Shown here piece by piece: positions 1-11,878 of a stretch of 49,287 nucleotides of DNA. The stretch covers positions 744,001 to 793,287 of the forward strand of contig JASANG010002509.1 in the NCBI GenBank assembly GCA_030248215.1, given 5' to 3'. A program made the translations under genes and the position numbers. The notes under the pieces were generated by a model that was not told the DNA's origin, made no database searches, and saw nothing but the letters and a program-made list of their open reading frames with translations. Source of the DNA: Enoplolaimus lenunculus (lineage: Eukaryota). Each line of letters starts with the position of its first letter. Position 1 is the first letter of the stretch.

Positions 1-175
1 AAGTCGAAAATTCGGTATTGAAATATTTTCAAATTCTAGTCTGCTCTCCGAACTCGAGTTCAATTTGAACTCGTGATCGACTCCGTACTTAACCAAAAAT
101 GTTAAATGCAACCTGCAATTATAACGAAACCGAAAATCGCACAATTGAAAGATATATTAATTTATAAACACAAAC

Positions 176-2898
176 CTGTTTCGATTCAGCGAGTTTGCTA
201 CTGTGCTCAGGCACCGAGTCGATACTAAGAGGGGACGCGTTGCTCGGGTCTTTTCGGGCATACAATTCATTTTCGATAAAATACAATGAATCGATGGTGC
301 CTTTAAAGTTGACACGACCGTAAAATCCGTAACCGTGAAGGTACATTACATTAATGATTCTGAACAAATAAAATAAACGACTGTTAATAAAATCAACAGC
401 GTATAGCCAGATATGGTTCAACGGTTAACACCATTATAGCGACGTTTGTGTTCTGCAAACAAATGGTGAGTCAAATTAACGCTGTCTGAAATAGGCTTTT
501 CGGGACTACACAAATTGAGTCAAAATTCGACGCCACCAGAGTCAAACGTGCGACTCAGTGAGCGACTCAATTTGTGTTGTCCCGAAAAGTCGATTTAGGT
601 GAGAGTCAATTTGACTCACCATTTGTTGCAGCGTGCACAGGTTTTCAACAACTGTCTCGGTTGATAAGACAGAAAATTTGAGACAACATATCCGTCGTTC
701 TAAAACCCTGGTTATATCTCAGGGTACAACTTGTATATACAATCTATCTCGTGTCAATCAACTTTAAGCACAGAATGAACCGTTTATAGGCGGTAATTAT
801 TTACCTTTGACTTGCCGTTGAATTCGAAAATATTCGTTAATCTGAATATTAATTTACAAGACAGCAGTCGTATGCAACATCAAATAACTTTGCTGCTAAA
901 AATTATTTCCAGAAATTTAATATGTCTACCGGTGCGACGCTGCAAGCAAGATTAAATCTGCTCCATTGAACACTCACTTCAACAACAACAAAAGACCATG
1001 CCGACGACTAGATCCAGTTGAATCCCACGGTAACTCGTTGAGTATGTACAAAACGGATCCGTCTGCGTTGGTTTTTGTTTCGTCCAAACCAGGCTTGTAA
1101 TGCTGATTGATACAGTCGTTAATATCTGACCGCAGTTGTGCGTTGCCTAACGGATCGATCAGTATTAACGCGTCGAAGCTGCTCAAACTTAAAAAAAGCA
1201 GAGAAACTTACGAAATATGGCGAAATTAGCGAAATTTGATAATTCTCACATTAATAATTTATGAAATATCAATTAACAAAATAATTTCTCTGCTCAATTA
1301 ATGCAATTGAACTGCAAAACAATTTATACATGAAACATTTGGTATTGCAGTGCAAACAGCTATTTTTTGTATTAATAAACGTAAGATTTTCTGAAACGTG
1401 TTCATAGATCGACCCTACGTGCTCATTGCTCGACCCATCGTGCTCATAGCTCGACCCTACGTGCTCATAGCTCGACCATACGTGCTCATAACTCGACCCT
1501 ACGTGCTCATTGCTCGACCCTACGTGCTCATAGCTCGACCCTACGTGCTCATAGCTCGACCCTACGTGCTCATAGCTCGACCCTACGTGCTCATAGCTCG
1601 ACCCTTAAGACAATTTTTACTGCCAACTTCGCACAGTTCAAGTGGACGATGTACTGACTATTAGCGTTTATACTGTTGCAAAAGTAACGTTCAGAAAATA
1701 CTAGAAAGCGCTCGAATGAAGTTCGCTTCGCCGGCAATTCATTCGGCTTAAAGTGCGTTGTTTATTCGATTGCAAATAAACGGTTTAACAAACAAGATTA
1801 TAAGCACTGAGGTTCACCATAAACAAAGAATGTTACGCTCTCGTCGAGGGCGGTCGGAATCCCGTCGAAAAAACCACGACGTTAAATTAGTTGACCGTGA
1901 AATTTCGGTCGAAACAATCAGCGTCCAGCCAGCTTTGTATAAGTCCCAAATAATTGTTGCGGCAATTTTACGTAGCAAAATCGCATCTTCTTTGCCAATG
2001 CATGTTGTGTACGGCAAACCTGAAACAAAAAAGATTTTAAGCAAACTTAATTATTATAAATGCTTAATTAACACCCTATAATTTAGCCTTAAATTAACAA
2101 CAATATAGTGATCCGCAAGCAAAAATAAAACAACTCAAATTAACAATCAAGAACAAACATTTTCATCATATACTGCAAAAAATGGTTAGTCAAATTGACT
2201 CTCTCTGAAATAGGCTTTTCAGGATTACACAAACTGAGTCAAATTCAACTCTGCCAGAGTGAAATTTGACTCACCAGAGTCTCTCGGTGAGTCGAATTTG
2301 ACTCTGGCGGAGTCGAATTTGACTCAGTTTGTGTAGTCCCGTAGCCTATATCGGAGAGAGCCTGAATTTGATTCACCATTTTTGGCAATGCACATATTTT
2401 GATATGCCACCTGTATATAACATATACTATTGCATGAAATCTCGCAACCAAAAAAGGGGTTTGTAACCTTCTACGTGGCTAAATAAAAATACCTGTACAA
2501 GTACCCACCGCTTCATTTAAGTATATACCACAACATGCCTTAAGTATTAAGCTGTGAGTTAAATATAAAACAGGATGGGGGGGGGGTCAGAGAACAGGGT
2601 CAAACCTGTCAACGACCGCAATCTTACCAGCTAAACTAAACGTAACCGCGCCGTACATCGACCGTTCGGGTTCCATTCGATTTTCGGACCAATGTTCAAT
2701 GATTGAATTGTACACCAAATCCCGTACTGGACGGCCGTTCACCAAACAAATCAATCCTGGTTTGCGGAAAAATATACACAAATAGTTGGGATCGATCAGA
2801 CCTGCGCGAGGATTGAACGTTTCACACGTCAACGGCGAATCGGCGGTGCCGGATTTGCGTGACAAATCGTCGTCGCCTTTGCTCGACTCGTTACCCAT
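176..2898 (-). CDS. Uncharacterised protein with N-terminal MGxxxS myristoylation-type motif and two tandem ~105-aa repeats; 4 exons seen, probably 3'-partial
   Basis: Exons 2628-2898, 1818-2019, 978-1187 and 176-359 join by GT-AG with consistent phases (1,2,2). The spliced product MGNESSK...YLCIFFRK...LAGLPY...IIWDLYKAGWTLIVSTEIS...WFF / LCLCLSSFDALILID...LNELPW...IINVMYLHGYGFYG...LYF shows two parallel repeats. Exon 4 either splices at CAG|gtttgt (175) to an exon outside the window or reads to the stop at 119. Confidence 0.8.
453..636. mobile_element. Foldback MITE family (CACTGCAAAAAATGGTGAGTCAAATTGACTC... termini), copy 1
   Basis: Almost fully palindromic ~190-220 bp element; homologous copies at ~2170-2392 and ~37871-38075. 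Confidence 0.8.
1396..1604. repeat. 21-bp minisatellite (TACGTGCTCATAGCTCGACCC) x ~10 in intron 2 of the first gene
   Basis: Direct tandem repeat visible in the sequence; it explains the spurious (YVLIARP)n ORF 1398-1664. Confidence 0.95.
2170..2392. mobile_element. Foldback MITE, copy 2
   Basis: Arms ctgcaaaaaatggttagtcaaattgactctctctgaaataggc and gcctatatcggagagagcctgaatttgattcaccatttttggcaatg are inverted repeats. Confidence 0.8.
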
Positions 2899-2973
2899 TG
2901 AACCGGTTTATGCTATTTTTTTTAAAAATCTAATTAATATATCGGTCAAAACAACCAAAACGAACGGTTTTTT

Positions 2974-3169
2974 GGCCCATGTAAAAATCAGGGGCGGAAC
3001 ATTTTTCTGTGGGACAGCAATTGAGTAAGGTAAAGCTTTAGACTAAGTTTTTTGATTGGCTTAGGCTTAGACTTAGGCTTAAGAATATGCTCGTTCTTAC
3101 GCTTAGGCTTAGGCTTAGGCTTAGGAATATGCTTATAACACTGTTCCGCCACTGTTGTTTACATTGGCC
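2974..3169. mobile_element. TTAGGC-array MITE, subfamily A (TIR GGCC(C/A)ATGTAAA)
   Basis: Terminal inverted repeats ggcccatgtaaa...tttacattggcc; two internal TTAGGC clusters; close homologues at 5780-5964, 34473-34683 and 36003-36195. Confidence 0.85.
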
Positions 3170-3257
3170 GTATTTTTCGACTTTGTTTAAAATTGTCTCT
3201 TATTACCTGTTCGTCTCTTATTCGGGTTACTAAAACTGTGTTGTTTGTTCTCAAGAG

Positions 3258-3688
3258 CAGGGTGCAACTGGAATTATAAAATACCGGAACCGAAACCGGA
3301 AAGTTAAAAAAATACCGGAACCGGAACCGAAAAACAAAAAATATTTGTTACCGAAAAATTCATTTGTAAGCGCTATTTAATCGCTTTTAATGCTGTAAAC
3401 ACACCATTCAGAATGGCAAAATCCTGAAACAAATGCAGTTGGTGGAAACATATGATAAATTATGGAGTTTGGCACAAACTGAAAAATTTGACAATACACG
3501 CACGGAAAATTTTAGAGAAATAAGTTAGAATAATATGCCAAGTTTCCTTAAATTTTCAAATGAGAAAAAATTTTCAATATCAAAAATACCGGAAAATTCC
3601 GGTGAAAAAATAGCGGTTTTCATACCGGAACCGGATAGTGAAAAGTACTGAATTTCTCTACCGGAACCGGAATTCCAATTGCAAACTG
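3258..3688. mobile_element. hAT-like non-autonomous element (CAGGGTGCAA TIR, ACCGGA subterminal repeats)
   Basis: 8-bp TSD ctcaagag/ctcaacag (1 mismatch); homologous to 10791-11157. Confidence 0.8.
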
Positions 3689-5779
3689 CTCAACAGCATT
3701 GATGCCGTGAACGCTTGCATGTTTAACTTAACAAGCGTTAGAGGGTGTGTAAGTTTAAGATAGTGACCCTATACAAGGAAAATATCACTTAACAGTTGGG
3801 CCAAAGGCGAAACCACAGGGTCAATCGTTCAGTCGTATATTCATTATTACATCCCTGGTTTGTCATCCATTGACCGCTGCCAGTTTCAGTTCACAGTGCC
3901 ACGTGGTAAAATTTTCAAAATTCCACTTTTACTTCATTTTATACTTTTTACACCAAACAAAACATTTTCACAAACAAACTGTCGCTTCTTTTATTTTCAA
4001 TATAGGTTTCTAGCCATACGTTCGACACAAAAGTGTATTAATATCATATTTTAAACCCAAACAAATACATGGCTAAAATGCGAAACCAAACCGGCCATGA
4101 ACCCCTCCAATAGTTTCGAAAATTTTTATTTCAGTTAACAAACAATAGCTGTTTGATACAAAAGCTAACATTCATTTTAGGTCCAAACTATCAAATCTTG
4201 AAACAGTGACCAAACCAAAATCTCAGCTACGCCCGTATGCCAACAACAGTTTTAGTGTGTTGCTTTAAACACAAATAAGCATATTTTAGTATTCGAGGCA
4301 TCGCTTTTTAAAACCAGGTCCATAAAATATTCAGGTACTGGTTGATTGTAGCAGCATTATACACCGTTCAAAACGATAACACATGGGGGGTTGGGGGTCA
4401 CGCCCTATTCGTAATATAAATTTGAAGCCAAAAACGTGACCAACCATCACCATCACAATATTCGCACATACTACTGGCGTCTTTTCGCGACAATATGTAT
4501 CTTCAAGCCTCAAAAACGCTTTTCACAATAGTGACAATCGTTGCATACCGGACTCTGTATCCAAATAAACCGACGCTGTTGTGAGAAAACCGAAACGAAA
4601 GCTTTAAAGCGAAACCTTATTTTAGCTGAAGAACAGACAAGCGACAAATCCAAGACGAAAAACGGCTAACAACAACCCGTATATACACGATGGGGTTTTC
4701 GGCAATTTGTACGGACATCTTGTGACACATTGATGATGGTCACCAAAAACTGAGACGACCAATATTTTAAATATTAATGTAAAGTTCAAAGAATGTCGAA
4801 CTGTACGACAATAAACGACAAGTAAACTGTGTTCTTGTCAAATTTTAACTTTACCAATTTTTGCCAATTTGCACAATTACCCTTTCTAGCGCACATATGA
4901 GCAATACAGTTCAACTTTAAAATTAGGTTATGGATTTTAATTGTAGGCGTAAACGTGCATTAACCTCCGATACACGATATATAAATTTGGGAAACGGAAC
5001 ATTTCACACCTTTTAAGATACAAATACGGAACGGATTCATAGCCACGAACAACATCGTAGTTGAGACCAACAACAAAATAAACCATCATACACAAAATAT
5101 ATTGTATTGAAATTTTAAAACTCTTTCTTTCTTAAATTATCAAGATATAAACTGTCTTTTTTCAAACATTAATAACCTTAAACAGCTCACAAATTCGTGT
5201 CTGAAATGGTTAAAATATAAGAAACGTTTACTGACCAATATTAAACACAATAAGCCAGATCCGGAAATGACTATTCCATCATATAATTTTTAAGTCCGAG
5301 CACATTACCACCCCAAAAGTCACCAGGTGTACGCATGATATTGTGGGAAAATTGCATAAAACTACAAACGAAAAATGAAAATTATATGCAATTAAGAATG
5401 AGTTGAAGGTGAAACAATAAAAAAGAAACCGCGATACTCATTTAAAATCTCCATTAACGTCAAATTTAAGCATCGGCAACCGTAAAAACTTGCAATTATT
5501 TTGCCGACAAAGGACTGCAGCGTGCACGCTTCCAATATCAACAGAAACCATTCGAACGCATTTCAAAACAGTTTAATTCATAGTTTGCCATAAAACCACA
5601 ATCAAATGGACTAAACTGACTGTAGGTACCACAATCTGGTCAAAAACTGAAAACCATCTAAAAATGAATCAGATGATGACGAAGATTTACGACGACCCTG
5701 CCGAAACTGCCATATTTCGCCGCTACCGAAATTCTCTGAGGAAATAAATCTATTTTTATATTTTTGCACTGCCACGAAC

Positions 5780-5964
5780 GGCCCATGAAACGATCAGGGG
5801 CGGAACGTTTTTCTGTAAGACTAGAATGAAGTAAGCTTAACGTTTAAACTAATTTTTTTGCATAGCTTAGGCTTAGGCTTAGGTTTAGGAATACGCTCAT
5901 TCTTACGCTTTAGGCTTAGGCATATGCTTATAATACTGTTCCGCCCATGTTCTTTACACTGGCC
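5780..5964. mobile_element. TTAGGC-array MITE, subfamily A
   Basis: ggcccatgaaacgatcaggggcggaacg...TTAGGC clusters...tctttacactggcc. Confidence 0.85.
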
Positions 5965-6529
5965 CCTTGAACAACTAAAAACAGATCAGCGATACGTATA
6001 TAGGTATATTTGACGTTTATCTGTCGTAAGGTACTCACATTGCGGTCAATTCCCAAACGTGAACGACTTTATTAATCATATCTGTTTATCGCCTGAAACT
6101 TAACCAATGTCTAAAATTTGAGAAACTAAAAAACAAGACAACTTAAAAAGGACAGACCACTGGCTATGGATCTTTAATCGGACCCATAGCCGTACGAGGA
6201 CCAACATCCCGCTCGAAAAAATTTTCGTCCTCACAAAGGATTTACACCGTCGTTTGCAAGCTTGCGAACCGCATGCTTCCCAGAAAAGTGTTGTGGCCTA
6301 ATAACAAGTTGAGCTGACTATAGGACTGTCCTTAATCTTGAAACATCTGGTATTATCAGCTGCATCTACTCGGTCACTCATAGATTTTCACATTTGTAAC
6401 AGATATAAACTGCTGGAAAGTAACTGAAAGATACAAATAAACTCAGTTCAATTATTTTTTCCTTCTTTAATGCACGTTTTAGATGAAACCAAACGAATAC
6501 GGATTTATTGATCGAAGCCAGACTGCGGG

Positions 6530-6955
6530 TAAAAATATCGACCCAAGTGAAAATCAGGGGCGGAGAGTTTGTCCGAATCAATTGGAGTCCGTATCCCTAA
6601 TAAGAGTCCATAAGCGGATAGAGTCCCTAAACCCTATTAGAGTCCATAAATGTCAATGATCCCTAATTGTAGCGCATAAATGACTCCAGAACCAAATAAT
6701 TTTAGTTTGAAATTTTAAAGCGTACTTAAATTTCGAAAGTACATTCTTAAGTATAACCTTGTATTATCGCTCAAGCTATTGACACAAGGCAAATAACGTT
6801 TAATTCAACGGATAATTGCAGTATCGGATATATATCAGTAAAGAAGGGCGGCGGAGCGTGGGTTATAAATAAATAACAGTCCGTAACCGAATAAAAAGGG
6901 GGGTACACTCCGGAGACGCCAAATATCAGTCCTCCCCATATTCGGGTCACTACAG
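6530..6955. mobile_element. TA-flanked MITE (TIR CTGTAGTGACCCGAATAA), partial copy
   Basis: Ends tattcgggtcactacag|ta; internal sequence matches 39217-39666 and 47031-47383; another fragment at ~7290-7457. Confidence 0.75.
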
Positions 6956-7717
6956 TACAGAATTTGTGTTCACTACAGAGCGCACTATAGGGCTCCACTA
7001 CAGCGTGCATATCTCACCGTTTTCTCTGCTGCGGCAAGCAACACAAATTGAAATACCATTGCACACGTCAGATTCACCGATTCGTATCGACACGCCAACG
7101 TATTCAACGGTGGTGACCTGTACTGTTTGACAAAAATCAATTTAAGTTGTTTGTATTCTTCAGTCATAGAACAAAAAACATAACTGCTCCCAAAGTTACA
7201 AACTATACAAAACTTTTAGCGGCAAAAATAGTCCGCCATTTGACTGATTAGACATTATATTTAGTGAACGATTTTAGCGCCACGGAAAAATATGTTTAGT
7301 TCAACGGATAGTTGCAATACCGGATATATATATATCAGTAACGAAGGGTAGCTGAGGGCCGGTTGAAAATAAATAACAGTCCGTAACCGAATAACAGGGG
7401 GTACTCTCTGGAGAGACCAAATAAATATCAGTCCCCTTTTTATTCGGGTCACTACAGTAGGGGAGGAAAATATGCAGTTGCCAAAACACCACTAGCACCA
7501 TCATGATCAATAACATAGTATGAGCTGCATAGCCTGAGATATGCCAATGCCAAACCAATATCACCTCGATGTGCGCACCGCATACCATTTTTTTCTGGAC
7601 TGCAATAAATGCATTAGCTTTAGGCTAATTTTTTTGCATAGGCTTAGGCTTAATTATAGGCTTATTCTTCAGACGATACTACTGTTATGCCCCTCAAAGT
7701 TTTATATTGTCCACCAT

Positions 7718-7899
7718 GCCCATGTTACTTTAAGGGGCGTCCAGGTTTCTGGTGGGTCTATAAAAGAGTAGGTTTAAATTCTAGATTACATTTTTTGCTT
7801 AGGCTTAGGCTTAGGAACTCAATATTGCAACGCTTAGGCTTAGCCTTAGAATTAGGAATACGCTTGATCCACTGTTACCTCCTTAAAGTAAAATTGGCC
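7718..7899. mobile_element. TTAGGC-array MITE, subfamily B (GGCCCATGTTACTTTAAGGGGCGTCCAGG end)
   Basis: Homologous to 11741-11878 and 42313-42495; TTAGGC clusters; ends aaattggcc. Confidence 0.8.
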
Positions 7900-8397
7900 A
7901 TCCACCATATGATGCTTATTCACGATTGATGAACCTCACAACGCCTATATGAAAACAGTGTAAACAAAAACAATTGTTTAACCAAATATCGTTTACATTT
8001 TGCAAACCCAAAACCTATACTGAGAACATCTGAAACCTGACGCAGTTGTATGCTTCTTCAAGCTTTCATTTGTCGGTTGAATATATGTGCAAATCATGCA
8101 AAAATAATTAATATCTGTTTAATTATTGAAACAAAGCGAAATATTTGCAGAAAACACAATGTGTCCAACGAATGAGTTTGCTGTTAACGCTTTTCTTCAA
8201 ACACCTGTCGCAAATTTCAAACAATAAAGGGGCTTTAAAGATTACAGAGCATGCAAATGAATTCTTGCTGAAAACTGTTGTCTCTTTGTATTTATATATA
8301 ATAATCAAACAGAAAACGGGCATTGAAGTGTGAAAATTTCAAAGATTTTGCATTTTTCCACGAAATATTTAGATACAATTCAGTCATCTGACATTCC

Positions 8398-8566
8398 GTC
8401 AATGTAAAGAACATGGGCGATACAGTATTATAAAGCATATTCCTGAGCTTAAGCCTAAGCTTAAGCGTAAAAATGAGCATATTCCTTGGCCTAAACCACG
8501 CAAAAAATAGTCTAAAGCATAAGCTTACTCTTTTTTTAGTTCCACAGAAAACCTTCCGCCCCTGAT
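8398..8566. mobile_element. TTAGGC-array MITE, subfamily A (GCCTAA on plus), degenerate
   Basis: aatgtaaagaacatgggcgatacagtattataaagcatattcc...aaccttccgcccctgatct. Confidence 0.75.
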
Positions 8567-9309
8567 CTATGGTACCTGATATACATAATATGAGCGTAAA
8601 AGAAAACTGAAAGTCAAGAATTCTTATAACAGAAACGGATACCGATTTATACCGGAAACGGATTATGGCTTACACCCAATTGGGATGAAAATAAATGATA
8701 GGTATTGGGAAACTAAACAGTATGGGCAGGCAGAACTCTACAAACTAACATATGGCAAACCGATTGTGTTCGAACAACAAACGCATACCAGAATGAAAAC
8801 CGTGATGGTATGTTTTTGCAGAGTAGCAATAAAACTACGGCTTCGGTCTCAAACGAAGGGTTAGATTCAGACTAAAGTGCGGCAGTACAGGTGTCATGCA
8901 AATTGTCCTGTTGAATATCATATGATACTAGAATTTGAAATTGGAATTTTTGAATTCTGAATCTGCGATTCTAAGCGATTTTGTGTCAGAAACAATTTGC
9001 AGGCGTGTATTTGGTATATGTAAGAACATCTGTACCTCTGCCGTCCGACTTTCTATTCATTTAGCACCCAAAGATTACACTGTCGCGCTAAATATCATAT
9101 GATATTCGTTAGAATTTTGGAGTATCATATTCTGATATTGTGGACATGTCCTTTAGTATCACGTAACATAACGGCTCTTGTACACAGTGCTCTTGTCAGA
9201 GCAATGGTCTGTATGTTAATGTCCTACAACATCCTAGTTATGTAATGTCTGTTGACCCGAATGAGAGCCCGATTTTAACGATACGTCGAATCAACACAGG
9301 ATAAACAGT

Positions 9310-10130
9310 GACCCGCCTGCCCTGTGGCAAAATACTTCGGGTCTTTTCGTTGATTTTAAAATTTTTTGCGTATTTAAACTTCACGGGACGTTCACTGATC
9401 ATTTAATGCCCAAATTTGAATTTTTGAAAAACTCGATTTTTACAACCCTAAGGTCTCACGGGATCCAAACAAATTTTGTCAGAAGTTTGACAAGATATCT
9501 ATGACTCGACGCGGCATATAGAGCTGAGTGGAATGGTATTAAATTTTCCACAATCAGACGACTGTCTAATAAGTTAATATGTTCAAATGTCTTATTTGAC
9601 GCGCTTCCAAACTCGGTAGCATACACTGTTAATTTTAGTGAGTTGATTTTAAGTCAGAATGAGTTGAATCACTCAGTCTCAGATAGGACTAACAAAACTC
9701 AGAATTTTGAGTTGCTTTATATAATTCATTCTGAGTTAACTAATCCACTTACCCAGAGTCAACTCAAATCAGAGTATGAATCAACTTAACTCTGGGTGAA
9801 GGTTTATATACTAATATTAATTCAGAAATAACTAACTCGCTAGATGAATTGATTAATCAACTCATTGAAATTTACAGTGTACGTTTGATTGTGAAAATTT
9901 TAACGCCATTCGACTCAGCTCGGCATGCTACGTCAAAATGTATACAACTTATCTTACGACTTTTTAACAAAAATTTTCTGGGCGCCAAGGGAAACTTTAT
10001 GAACTTAAAAACTAAATTTTTCAAAAATTCAAATTTGGACACTATATGACCATGGGATGCCACAAGAAACCCAAATATGCAAATCTTTTAAAATCCAACT
10101 ATTTTTGGGCAAACGCCGGCTGGGGGACGG
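9310..10130. mobile_element. Long inverted-repeat element with a nested CACTG...CAGTG MITE (9624-9879, TA-flanked)
   Basis: ~9405-9560 and ~9882-10042 are reverse-complement homologues (ccaaatttgaatttttgaaaa / ttttcaaaaattcaaatttgg; gagctgagtggaatgg / ccattcgactcagctc). The inner element is ta|cactgttaattttagtgagttgatt...aatcaactcattgaaatttacagtg|ta. Outer limits are approximate. Confidence 0.7.
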
Positions 10131-10790
10131 ATATCCGAAAAGACCCAAAACATAAAACTACAAAATGCCATTGTTGCTGTCTTTGAACAAAGGCTCCAAA
10201 ACCTTACAGAAAGGCACTTGCAGTGCACGCAACTTAACCACGCGATGTCCTCATAATTAAAAACACACACATCTTTATATTTTAATTGTGTACGCATTTA
10301 TGAATTATATTAAGACAATACGAAATATATTCTTTGATTATTAATAATTTAAGTAAAATAGCATTTGGTCAGTAACAAAAGGAAGCACTGAAATACATTG
10401 TACACGCACGTCGCAAAACGTAAGCCAATAGATATATTAATCTTCAAAGCACACACAACACGCTAAGCAGGCATATACTGGTCGATTCACTGGTGGATAA
10501 CAGCGAAAGAAGTTCTCGCCAAAAACCAAACGCAATTCGAGCACGAAATGTCGTAAACCTTTTGAGTTTGAATGGACATGGCCTGGGTGCCCTCATGGAC
10601 CCGCCAGTGCATCGATTGCTTGTATTCAAAATGCGTACAATAAGAATGGTATTCTAACCTGCCTATAGATGTAGCTTTCAGTCGCCGCAACCTTCGTGCA
10701 CCTTTCAAACCAGTACACCCCCCAAACTCGAATAACGTCAACTTCGCGTTTTTATAACCTAGCACTTACAGCATAAATAGTTGCTGCATG

Positions 10791-11157
10791 CAGGGTGCAA
10801 CCGGAATTACAAATTACCGGAACCGAACAGTGATTTAAAAAATTTACCGGAAACGGAACAACAAAATGAAAAATACACGCCGCCGACAAATTCATTTATA
10901 GGTATTCACTTTATCTGCTGAATTTCAGATTTTCATAATGTACGGAAGCGAAATCTACCTTCGATGGTTTAATTTTGGCGATTGTCACGGTTTGCATACT
11001 GTAGTAATGAAATCTAGTCAATTTTATCGTCATTTTGTAGCAAAATATCTTAACTAAAACCGACCAAATTTTAATACCGCAATTTTTAATTCCGGTAAAA
11101 ATTCATCGGAATTTGAAGGCGGAAAAATGCCGGAACCGGAATTCCGGTTGCAGCTTG
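10791..11157. mobile_element. hAT-like non-autonomous element
   Basis: TIR cagggtgcaaccggaatt...aattccggttgcagcttg with a perfect 8-bp TSD GCTGCATG (10783-10790, 11158-11165). Confidence 0.9.
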
Positions 11158-11740
11158 GCTGCATGCATAAGAAAAAATTCTTTCAATCATTCAAATTGCG
11201 CTGTTTAAACCTAACATTTTACAATTATGTTGCAACAATTCAAATTGCAAATACTATGCAATCAACAACGCAGTGCTACAAAACACAGCGACGTTATACT
11301 CAGTCCAATACTTAAAAACGAAACAATGACAACTGCATGCAAACGTAAATAACACAACTTTCATTACAAAACACAATGGTATCCGCAAACGAAACTGCAT
11401 AAGCCCAAGCATAAAAATAGGTTAAATAACCAATAATATGTTTGCCTAACATTTATTATCAATCTAACCTGTTATTAAACAATTAACAAAGCCAAACCCC
11501 GAAACTTCTGCGCTCGAAATACAAAAACAAACATATTAAAACATTGTCAACAGTTACTACTTACTAAGTCTTAGTTAAGGAAGCTAGCAAGAAAGCCTTT
11601 TTTATATGATGGATCAAAGGTATAAAACACCTGCGTGTCTTGGTGAAACACGACCCGCATTAAACATAATCGGTACAAAAACTCACTCTATATATAGTAT
11701 GCGAAAAATGAACAAAATCTGCAGTGTGATATAGCAATTT

Positions 11741-11878
11741 GGGTCCATGTTACTTTAAGGGGCGTCCAGGTTTCTGATGAGTCCATAAAAAAGTAGGCTT
11801 AGATCCTAGATTACATTTTTTGCTTAGGCTTAGAAATACGCTTAATCTACTGTTACGCCCCTTAAAGTAGCATTGGCC
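11741..11878. mobile_element. TTAGGC-array MITE, subfamily B (internally shortened)
   Basis: gggtccatgttactttaaggggcgtccagg...cttaggcttag...cccttaaagtagcattggcc. Confidence 0.8.

Noticed and set aside
1398..1664. ORF with (YVLIARP)n; array superficially CRISPR-like
   Set aside because: Pure 21-bp tandem minisatellite with no unique spacers, inside an intron of a eukaryotic gene.
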